From assembly GCA_965204575.1 (NCBI GenBank), contig OZ241993.1, forward strand, positions 901,850-965,849: 64,000 nt of DNA. The letters run 5' to 3'. The position numbers were made by a program, and so were the translations under genes. Shown here one piece after another: positions 41,189-49,156 of the stretch. The notes under the pieces are model-generated. The model saw only the letters and a list, made by a program, of their open reading frames with translations, was not told the DNA's origin and did no database searches. Source of the stretch: an uncultured candidatus Porisulfidus sp. Lineage in GTDB: Bacteria > Pseudomonadota > Gammaproteobacteria > Poriferisulfidales > Poriferisulfidaceae. Each line of letters begins with the position of its first letter. Position 1 is the stretch's first letter.

Positions 41189-44101
41189 ATGCCGAAAGCG
41201 ATCACCACCGAGCCTGCCTTCAACCTTGAACTCAGTCGGGTTTTGCGCCAAAAGCATCCCCGCTGGAAAAATGCGATTGGAGCAGAACAGGTGAGGGTTT
41301 TGCGGGGTCAGCCTCAGAAACAGCCGGACATCGTCCTTTCCCCCGCAGGCAGTTCCCCGGTGGTGCTCGAAACCGAGTTTCTACCTGCCGCTACCGTGGA
41401 AAGCGACGCTGTAGCTCGCTTGGGTGGCATCTTGGCAAGTGATGATCGGAAGATTGAGCAAGCCATTGCCCTGCGGATTCCGAAGGACTTGCGCACTGTT
41501 CCGCAGGCGGAACTGACTGAAGCTATTGAAAATGCACAGTTTACTTACTGCATTCTTTGTGTTGGGGAAGCCGATGCTGTCGAGCGTCTGCCGAAAAGAG
41601 ACTGGCTGTGTGGCGGCATTGACGATGTAGCAGCTTGCGCCGACTTGGCTTCCCTGTCCGAGGCGTTAGTGCTGAAAAGTACGGATGCATTAGAACTCGG
41701 AGTGGCCCAAGCGGCCAATTTGCTGGAGTCTCTCCCGGGTTGCCCGGACAGAAAACTGGGACGTAAACTCTGCCAGGAACCGGGTGAACAGACGAACCGA
41801 ATGGCGGTTGCCATCATCGCCAATGCGTTGGTGTTCCACCTATGCGTTGAAGGACGACAGGGCATTCCCCGGTTGAGCGAACTCGAGTCGGCTCAGGGGC
41901 GGTTGACCAAGCTTAAAGTTCGACAATGCTGGATGCGGATCCTCTATGAGATCAATTACTGGCCAATTTTCAGCATCGCCACAGAACTTCTGGAATGTAT
42001 GCCATCCAACACGGCCAACGCGGTGCTTAACTGTCTTTACAAAACAGCAGATGAGTTACTCGAACTTGGGGCGGTCAGGTTGAACGACCTGTCGGGTCGG
42101 ATGTTCCAGAAGTTGATCACTGACCGCAAGTTTCTCGCGACTTTCTACACCCTGCCCGTTTCCGCGACCATGCTCGCGGAACTGGTTGCATCCCGATTGC
42201 AGGTTGATTGGCGAAGTAGGGAATCCGTAACAAATCTAAAAATCGCCGATTTGGCTTGTGGTACCGGAACGCTTGTGGGAGCCCTATACCAGTCGGTCTT
42301 GGCCCGATGCCGTCGTGCCGGACAGGACGATGCTGAAATTCACTCGATCATGATTGAGGATGCGTTATACGCTTTCGACATCATGCCGGCCGCGACGCAT
42401 CTCGCGGCCTCAACCTTGTCCGGAGCCCATCCCGGTATCACTTTCGGAGAGACGAAGGTTGTGACCATGCCATACGGACATGGCGAAGACCATCCGTTGA
42501 GTTTGGGCTCGCTAGATTTAATCATGAACGAGAGCGTCCTTTCCTTATTCAGTTTGAGCCGGGAACAGTTGGTGGGTGGGAAAGGAATCAAGGCAGACAC
42601 CGAAATCAGCGTGCCTCAGAAATCGCTGGACATCATCATCATGAATCCGCCGTTCACCCGCCCTTGTGGGCAGGAAGCGGCCAAGGTCGGTATCCCAGTG
42701 CCTTCTTTCGCAGGCTTTGGCACTTCGGAAGAAGAGCAAAAGGCCATGTCGGAGAAGCTACGGGAAATAGGCAAGAAATTGAAAAAATCCCGGATAAAAA
42801 TCGACCCGATAAGAGGGGTGCTTGCGGGACATGGGAATGCGGGCTTGGCATCAAACTTTATTGACCTTGCGCACGAAAAACTGCGGGAAGGAGGAATTCT
42901 GGCGCTGGTGCTGCCTTTCACGTTCGTCCAAGGGGATGCTTGGCATGGCGCCCGCTCCCTGCTCAAGGCCTACTACAAGAACATCGTGATTGTTTCCATT
43001 GCAACAACGGGTGAAACCGAAAGGGCGTTTTCTGCAGATACGGGCATGGCCGAAGTCTTAGTGGTCGCTGAGCGAAAAGAGGCCAGCGACGTGGCACAGC
43101 CGGCAGGTTCGGTGGAATATGCCAACCTGACACGCCGTCCCGACTCCTTGCTCGAAGCTTCTCTTTTGGCGAAGCATATCCATGGCTCGACACCCGACGA
43201 GGAAATCAGCCGCATCGATGCATCCATATCCAGCGGAGGGTGCGCGGGAGTACGGTCCGTCTCAAGCCTAGGAACAACTATGCTCGGTTTGTTCAAGACG
43301 GGTTCTATCAAATTCCCAAGAAGGAAAGGCGGGATTGCTTTGCCGGTGACCCCGCTGGGAGACCTCGGAGAGCGAGGAGCCCATGTTCTGGACATTACAG
43401 GAAATCCGCCAAGCCCCGGGAAACCGCCTAGGGGGCCATTCGACAAGGCCCCCCTTCCAAGAGATGGTTTTCCCACCTATCCCGCGCTCTGGAACCACGA
43501 TGCGAAAAAGGAAACGTGCTTGATGGTTGAGCCGGATGGCCAAGGCAATGTCCGGGAAGGGTGTGCAGACCGAGCCGATGATTTCTGGAACCAGTTTTCT
43601 TCGAAGTTGCATGTCAACGTTGATTTCCGACTGAACTCACAGTCGCTTGCGGCCTGCCTGACACCAAAGAAAACAATAGGAGGGCGCGCTTGGCCGAATT
43701 TTCGGCTTCACGAAACAGCTTGGGAGATTCCGGTGGTACTTTGGGCCAACACGACTATTGGGCTAATGGCTTTCTGGTGGATCGGGTCTCGCCAGCAACA
43801 AGGCAGGTCCATTCTTCCCGTGTCTCAGCATGAACGGTTTCCAGTGCTGGACCCACGTCGTTTGGAATCAGACCAAGTCAAGCGAGTGGGGAGAATCTTC
43901 CGGGATTTTCTGACGAAAGACTTCCTTCCCGCGAATGAGGCTTACCGGGATGATGTGCGAAAAGCGTTGGACCGAGCAATGTTGGTCGATTTGATTGGAG
44001 TTTCGGAGAATGTGCTGGAGTCGCTTGATTTGCTGCGAGACCAATGGTGCGCCGAGCCAAGCGTTCATGGAGGGAAAAGTACCCGACCAGATTCACTGTG
44101 A
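41189..44101 (+). CDS. 970-aa multidomain gamma-class N6-adenine DNA methyltransferase fusion (Type IIG/IIL-like restriction-modification candidate or standalone defence methyltransferase)
   Basis: Motif I IADLACGTGTLVGALY (about aa 350) and motif IV IIIMNPPFTRP (about aa 478) in gamma-class order. About 340-aa N-terminal domain with a possible degenerate nuclease core (PDIVLS ... VVLETEF). About 480-aa C-terminal region is plausibly a target-recognition domain. No separate R or S gene adjacent. Confidence 0.55.
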   Translation: MPKAITTEPAFNLELSRVLRQKHPRWKNAIGAEQVRVLRGQPQKQPDIVLSPAGSSPVVLETEFLPAATVESDAVARLGGILASDDRKIEQAIALRIPKDLRTVPQAELTEAIENAQFTYCILCVGEADAVERLPKRDWLCGGIDDVAACADLASLSEALVLKSTDALELGVAQAANLLESLPGCPDRKLGRKLCQEPGEQTNRMAVAIIANALVFHLCVEGRQGIPRLSELESAQGRLTKLKVRQCWMRILYEINYWPIFSIATELLECMPSNTANAVLNCLYKTADELLELGAVRLNDLSGRMFQKLITDRKFLATFYTLPVSATMLAELVASRLQVDWRSRESVTNLKIADLACGTGTLVGALYQSVLARCRRAGQDDAEIHSIMIEDALYAFDIMPAATHLAASTLSGAHPGITFGETKVVTMPYGHGEDHPLSLGSLDLIMNESVLSLFSLSREQLVGGKGIKADTEISVPQKSLDIIIMNPPFTRPCGQEAAKVGIPVPSFAGFGTSEEEQKAMSEKLREIGKKLKKSRIKIDPIRGVLAGHGNAGLASNFIDLAHEKLREGGILALVLPFTFVQGDAWHGARSLLKAYYKNIVIVSIATTGETERAFSADTGMAEVLVVAERKEASDVAQPAGSVEYANLTRRPDSLLEASLLAKHIHGSTPDEEISRIDASISSGGCAGVRSVSSLGTTMLGLFKTGSIKFPRRKGGIALPVTPLGDLGERGAHVLDITGNPPSPGKPPRGPFDKAPLPRDGFPTYPALWNHDAKKETCLMVEPDGQGNVREGCADRADDFWNQFSSKLHVNVDFRLNSQSLAACLTPKKTIGGRAWPNFRLHETAWEIPVVLWANTTIGLMAFWWIGSRQQQGRSILPVSQHERFPVLDPRRLESDQVKRVGRIFRDFLTKDFLPANEAYRDDVRKALDRAMLVDLIGVSENVLESLDLLRDQWCAEPSVHGGKSTRPDSL

Positions 44102-44221
44102 AGCGAGTCCTTCCGGTTCTTGGCTCCATCCGTCCGTGTTTATAGGGTTCTTTGACATATCAGTTACAATACGCCGCCCAACGATGCCCATGGCGTTGCC
44201 GCATTTTTTGAGGAAGTCCGA

Positions 44222-44428
44222 ATGGCCGTCCAGAAAAGCAAAAAGAGCCGCTCCAAGCGCGACATGCGCCGCTCGCACCATGCCCTGAAAGGGGCCACGG
44301 TGTCGGAAGATCCGACCACGGGCACGCGGCACCGCCGCCACCATATCGCCGCCGACGGCTATTACCGGGGCCGCAAGGTTCTCGAAATCAAGCAGCCGAA
44401 AGAGGAGCCGGCCGAAACGGAAGCCTGA
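44222..44428 (+). CDS. rpmF: 50S ribosomal protein L32
   Basis: [23 protein letters not shown] ... [14 protein letters not shown] is near-identical in pattern to E. coli L32. Confidence 0.9.
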   Translation: MAVQKSKKSRSKRDMRRSHHALKGATVSEDPTTGTRHRRHHIAADGYYRGRKVLEIKQPKEEPAETEA

Positions 44429-44463
44429 CCGGGTTTCGCCTCCGCTGCTGAGCGGACCATCCC

Positions 44464-45504
44464 ATGACTGAATCCGTCACCATCGCGCTGGATGTGATGG
44501 GCGGCGACCACGGTGCGGACAGCGTGCTGCCGGCCGCCGTCTCCCGGCTCAAGGCCGACCCGTCGCTGCGCCTGATCCTGGTCGGCGACGAATCCCTGAT
44601 CCACGAACGACTGAAGACGCTGGGTTCGACCCCGGACAGCCGCATGGTCGTGCACCATGCCTCGGAGCAGATTGAAATGGGCGAACCCCCGCTGCAGGCC
44701 CTGCGCGGGAAGCCGGACTCGTCGATGCGGGTCGGCCTCAACCTGCTGCGCGACGGCGAGGCGCAGGCGTTCGTGAGCGCCGGCAACACCGGCGCCCTGG
44801 TGGCGCTGTCGCATTTCGTGGTGCGGATGCTGCCGGGGATCGACCGCCCGGCCATCCAGTCGACGGTGCCGGCCCTGAACGGCCACACGCACGTGCTGGA
44901 CTTGGGCGGCAACGTGGACTCCCGTGCCGAACACCTCCTGCAATTCGCCGTGATGGGTTCCGTGCTGGCCCAGGAACTTGACGACAATCCCCGCCCCCGG
45001 GTCGGCCTGCTCAATGTCGGCGAGGAGAACATCAAGGGAAACCGGCAGGTGCAGGCGGCGGACGCCCTGCTGCGCGAGAGCCGGCTCAACTACATCGGCT
45101 ACGTCGAGGGCGACGACATCTACTGCGGGGACGTCGACGTGGTGGTGTGCGACGGTTTCGTCGGCAACATCTCGCTCAAGACCACCGAGGGCGTGGCCCG
45201 GATGCTGATCACGTTCCTCAAGGAGGAATTCAAGCGCAACCTCTATCGCCGTTCGGCCATGGCCCTGTCCGCCCCGATCCTCAAGGGATTCCGCCGCCTG
45301 TTCGACCCCCGCCGCTATAATGGAGCCAGCCTGCTTGGCCTCCGCCACGTGGTCATCAAGAGCCACGGCAGCGCCGATGCGTTCGCCTTCGAACAGGCCA
45401 TCATCCGTGCACAGCAGGAGGCGCGCCGAGACCTGCCGATGCGAATAGATCAGAACATCGATACCCTGCTGGCCGACCGGATCGAAGTCGACGTCGAGTC
45501 ATGA
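44464..45504 (+). CDS. plsX: phosphate acyltransferase PlsX
   Basis: 346 aa. [11 protein letters not shown] ... collinear with PlsX. Confidence 0.9.
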   Translation: MTESVTIALDVMGGDHGADSVLPAAVSRLKADPSLRLILVGDESLIHERLKTLGSTPDSRMVVHHASEQIEMGEPPLQALRGKPDSSMRVGLNLLRDGEAQAFVSAGNTGALVALSHFVVRMLPGIDRPAIQSTVPALNGHTHVLDLGGNVDSRAEHLLQFAVMGSVLAQELDDNPRPRVGLLNVGEENIKGNRQVQAADALLRESRLNYIGYVEGDDIYCGDVDVVVCDGFVGNISLKTTEGVARMLITFLKEEFKRNLYRRSAMALSAPILKGFRRLFDPRRYNGASLLGLRHVVIKSHGSADAFAFEQAIIRAQQEARRDLPMRIDQNIDTLLADRIEVDVES

Positions 45505-46442
45505 TGCACACGGCCATCACCGGGACCGGAGCCTGTCTCCCCGAGCGGGTGGTGACGAACGAGGAGCTGGAGAAGACGGTCGACACTACGGACCAATGGA
45601 TCCGGGAACGCACCGGGATCCTCCAGCGCCATATCGCCGGAGACGAGGAGACCACGGCCTCGATGGGCGCGCAGGCGGCGCGTGAGGCGCTGGCGGCGGC
45701 GGGGCTGGCGGCGGACGACGTCGACATGATCGTGCTGGCGACGACCACCCCCGACCGCATCTTTCCCAGCACAGCCTGTCATATCCAGAGAGAACTGGGG
45801 ACCCGGGAGTGCCCGGCATTCGACGTGCAGGCGGTCTGCAGCGGGTTCATCTACGGGCTGGACATCGCCCGGCGGTTCATCGCGACCGGGGGCGGCGGCA
45901 CCGTCCTGGTGATCGGTTCCGAAGTGCTGTCCCGCATCGTCGACTGGAGCGACCGGAGCACTTGCGTGCTGTTCGGCGACGGAGCGGGCGCCGTGGTGCT
46001 CCAGGCGCGCGACGAACCCGGCATCCTGTCGACCCACCTGCATGCGGACGGGCGCTACGACCACCTGCTGCAGGTGTCGCCGGAGGTGAACGGGGCCTTC
46101 ATCGAGATGAAGGGCAACGAAGTCTTCCGGATGGCGGTGAACACCTTGGGGCGGATCGTGGACGAAACCCTCGAGGCCAACCAGATGGATCGGCACGAAG
46201 TCGACTGGCTGGTTCCGCACCAGGCCAACCACCGGATCATCGCGGCCACCGCGCGCAAGCTGGACCTGCCGATGGAACGGGTGGTGGTCACGGTCGACCG
46301 GCACGGCAACACCTCGGCCGCCTCGGTGCCGCTGGCGCTGAACCAGGCCGTGCGCGACGGCCGGATCCAGCCGGGCGACGTGCTCATGCTGGAGGCTTTC
46401 GGCGGCGGCTTTACCTGGGGTTCCGCACTGATCCGATACTAG
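45501..46442 (+). CDS. fabH: 3-oxoacyl-ACP synthase III
   Basis: 313 aa. Active-site Cys in [14 protein letters not shown]. His/Asn (HQANHRI, GNTSAAS) present. Confidence 0.9.
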   Translation: MMHTAITGTGACLPERVVTNEELEKTVDTTDQWIRERTGILQRHIAGDEETTASMGAQAAREALAAAGLAADDVDMIVLATTTPDRIFPSTACHIQRELGTRECPAFDVQAVCSGFIYGLDIARRFIATGGGGTVLVIGSEVLSRIVDWSDRSTCVLFGDGAGAVVLQARDEPGILSTHLHADGRYDHLLQVSPEVNGAFIEMKGNEVFRMAVNTLGRIVDETLEANQMDRHEVDWLVPHQANHRIIAATARKLDLPMERVVVTVDRHGNTSAASVPLALNQAVRDGRIQPGDVLMLEAFGGGFTWGSALIRY

Positions 46443-46451
46443 GTCCGACCC

Positions 46452-48290
46452 ATGGCTTCACGTACCGATCGGGCTTTCGACGCCGGGGGGTTCGTGCAGA
46501 CCCTGACCCACGCCCCGGGCGTGTACCGCATGCTGGACGCGTCCGGCAACCTCCTGTACGTCGGCAAGGCGCGCGACCTGAAGAAGCGCGTGTCCAGCTA
46601 CTTCCAGAAAACCTCGCTGGGTCCGCGCACGCGCCAGATGATCGCGCAGACCGAGCGGATGGAGGTGACGGTCACGGCCACCGAAGCGGAGGCCCTGCTG
46701 CTGGAGAACACCCTGATCAAGCAGCACCATCCCCGCTACAACATCCTGCTGCGCGACGACAAGAGCTATCCCTACATCTACGCCTCGACCCACCAGACCT
46801 ACCCGGGGCTGTCGTTCTACCGCGGGCGCAGGCGGCGCAAGGGCCGCACGTTCGGACCCTATGCCAGCGTCGGGGCCTTGCGGGAGACGCTCAACACCCT
46901 GCAGAAACTGTTCCGGACCCGGCAGTGCCCGGACAGTTTCTTCCGCAACCGCAGCCGGCCGTGCCTGCAGTACCAGATCAAGCGATGCACCGCGCCGTGC
47001 GTGGGCTACATCACGCCGGAAGACTACCGGGCGGACGTCGACCTGACGCTGCGTTTCCTGGAAGGGCGGAACGAGGAAGTGATGCACGATCTGACGGCAC
47101 GGATGGACCGGGCGTCGGAGCGCCTGGACTACGAGGAGGCGGCGGAGTGGCGGAATCGCATCCAGTCGCTGCAGGAGATCTGCCGGCATTACCGGACGGG
47201 GGTGGCGTCCGGGCACTTCGACGTGATCGCCGCGGTCTGCGAGGGCGGACTGCATTGCGTCCAGGTCAGTTCTTTCCGCGGCGGCGCAAGCCATGGCAAC
47301 CGCAGCTATTTCCCGGTCGTCAATGACGCAACCATCGAAGCCCCGGAACTGTTGCGAGGATTCCTGGGCCAGTACTACCTGGAGCGCGTGGCGCCGCCGG
47401 AAGTCCTGCTGAACCATTCGGTCCCGGACCAGGAGGCGCTCGAGGAATGGTTGAGCGGCAAGTCCCCGGGGCGGATTCGCCTGTGCGCGAACGTGCGGGG
47501 CCGCCGGCGCACCCAGGTGGAACTGGTGGAACGCAATGCCCGGCAGTCGATTGCCGTGCGAACGCAGTCCCGCAGCGGAATACGGGAACGCTTGGAAGCG
47601 CTGGCGGAGGCCCTGTTGCTGGACGCCATGCCGGCTCGGCTGGAGTGCTTCGACGTCAGTCATACCCGCGGCGAGGCGACGGTGGCTTCGTGCGTGGTCT
47701 ACACCACGGAGGGGCCGAGCCGTTCGGAATTCCGCAGTTTCAACATTTCCGGCATCACGCCGGGGGACGACTATGGGGCGTTGCGCGAAGCGCTGACGCG
47801 CCGCTATACGAGGGTGTGCGCGGGCGAGTACCCGGCCCCCGACGTGCTGTTGATCGATGGCGGCAGGGGGCAGCTGCGCATCGCCCGCGAGGTGCTGGCG
47901 ACGCTCGACGCCCCGGGCATCGTGGTGGTCAGCGTGGCCAAGGGAGAAGGCCGCAAGCCCGGGACGGAAACCGTGTACGCCGACACCGTCGAGGGACCGC
48001 TGCACCTGCCGCAGCGTTCGGTCGCGTTTCACCTGATCCAGCAGGTCCGCGACGAGGCGCACCGGTTTGCCGTCACGGGGCACCGCCGCCGCCGCGCCAA
48101 GCGCAGGCTCGAATCACCGCTGGAGGAAATTCCCGGCGTGGGGCCGCAACGTCGGCAGAACCTGTTACGCTACTTCGGGGGATGGCAGGGCGTCCGCAAG
48201 GCGACGGCCGCCGACCTCGCCCGGGTGCCCGGCATCGGGGCGGGCCTCGCACAGGAGATCTACGACTACCTGCACGAAGAGAACGCATGA
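46452..48290 (+). CDS. uvrC: excinuclease ABC subunit C
   Basis: 612 aa. GIY-YIG N-terminus (GVYRMLDASGNLLYVGKA), UvrBC, RNase-H-like and HhH domains. Confidence 0.9.
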   Translation: MASRTDRAFDAGGFVQTLTHAPGVYRMLDASGNLLYVGKARDLKKRVSSYFQKTSLGPRTRQMIAQTERMEVTVTATEAEALLLENTLIKQHHPRYNILLRDDKSYPYIYASTHQTYPGLSFYRGRRRRKGRTFGPYASVGALRETLNTLQKLFRTRQCPDSFFRNRSRPCLQYQIKRCTAPCVGYITPEDYRADVDLTLRFLEGRNEEVMHDLTARMDRASERLDYEEAAEWRNRIQSLQEICRHYRTGVASGHFDVIAAVCEGGLHCVQVSSFRGGASHGNRSYFPVVNDATIEAPELLRGFLGQYYLERVAPPEVLLNHSVPDQEALEEWLSGKSPGRIRLCANVRGRRRTQVELVERNARQSIAVRTQSRSGIRERLEALAEALLLDAMPARLECFDVSHTRGEATVASCVVYTTEGPSRSEFRSFNISGITPGDDYGALREALTRRYTRVCAGEYPAPDVLLIDGGRGQLRIAREVLATLDAPGIVVVSVAKGEGRKPGTETVYADTVEGPLHLPQRSVAFHLIQQVRDEAHRFAVTGHRRRRAKRRLESPLEEIPGVGPQRRQNLLRYFGGWQGVRKATAADLARVPGIGAGLAQEIYDYLHEENA

Positions 48291-48856
48291 TCGAGCCGAC
48301 CATCCCGAATCTGCTGACGGGACTGCGGATCGCCCTGATCCCGGTTTTCTCCGGGGTGTTTTTCATCCCCGGATGGGGTCCTCAGGCCTCGGCCGTGCTG
48401 TTTGCGCTTGCCAGCCTGACGGATTGGGCGGACGGCTACCTGGCCCGGAAACTGGGCCAGCATTCCGCGTTCGGGGCTTTCCTGGACCCGGTGGCGGACA
48501 AACTGATCGTATGCGTCGCCCTGGTGCTGCTGGTGTCGCGCGACAACAGCCTGTGGCTGGTTGCCCCGGCCTGCGTGATCATCGGGCGGGAGATCGCGAT
48601 TTCCGCCTTGCGCGAATGGCTGGCCGGCACGCGCGCCCGTTCGCGGATTTCGGTGTCGTGGCTCGGCAAGTTCAAGACCCTGCTGCAACTGGCCTCGCTG
48701 GTGCTGTTGCTATGGGCGACGCCCGACTCGTCCGATCCGCTCTACGTGTATGGTTTGGCCCTGCTGGGGGTGGCGGCCGCGATGACGCTGGTATCGATGG
48801 GGTACTACTTGTGGTTGGCGTTGCACAGCGAAGATTCGGAGGCCTCCGGCGCCTGA
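48287..48856 (+). CDS. pgsA: CDP-diacylglycerol--glycerol-3-phosphate 3-phosphatidyltransferase
   Basis: 189 aa starting at MIEPTIPNLLT (ATGA overlap with the uvrC stop). CDP-alcohol phosphatidyltransferase motif DWADGYLAR ... AFLDPVADK. The track shows an artefactual 469-aa extension. Confidence 0.85.
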   Translation: MIEPTIPNLLTGLRIALIPVFSGVFFIPGWGPQASAVLFALASLTDWADGYLARKLGQHSAFGAFLDPVADKLIVCVALVLLVSRDNSLWLVAPACVIIGREIAISALREWLAGTRARSRISVSWLGKFKTLLQLASLVLLLWATPDSSDPLYVYGLALLGVAAAMTLVSMGYYLWLALHSEDSEASGA

Positions 48857-48969
48857 AAGCCAGCTCTGAAGGCGCGGTTTCTGTTCCTGCTGCAGTCGGT
48901 TGCAGCATCGGGGCGCTTTCAACCCTGTCGCCGTCCATTCAACCGAAAAGCGGACATAACAGCTTTGCG

Positions 48970-49024
48970 TTGACATCCGCAGAGCGGATGCCTCGTCTCG
49001 AGAATAATGTAACAATGTAACAAT
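48970..49024 (+). promoter_or_regulatory. candidate promoter/operator: TTGACA followed by a 7-3-7 palindrome CATCCGC-aga-GCGGATG, then the tandem direct repeat AATGTAACA-ATGTAACAAT
   Basis: Read directly upstream of the His-rich TonB receptor gene. The palindrome overlaps the -35-like hexamer. No good -10 was found at 17-nt spacing, so promoter assignment is weak. Confidence 0.3.
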
Positions 49025-49156
49025 TCGCCGGAAATCTCCTGTCAGCGGGGCCCGCTCGTAATGTCTCCAGTTTTTGCATCCCTAGAAACACGCCTGCCAG
49101 CAAGCGCAAGGCATAGTCTGCGCGACGGCATTCCTCGCGCGAATCGCCCCGGACGC

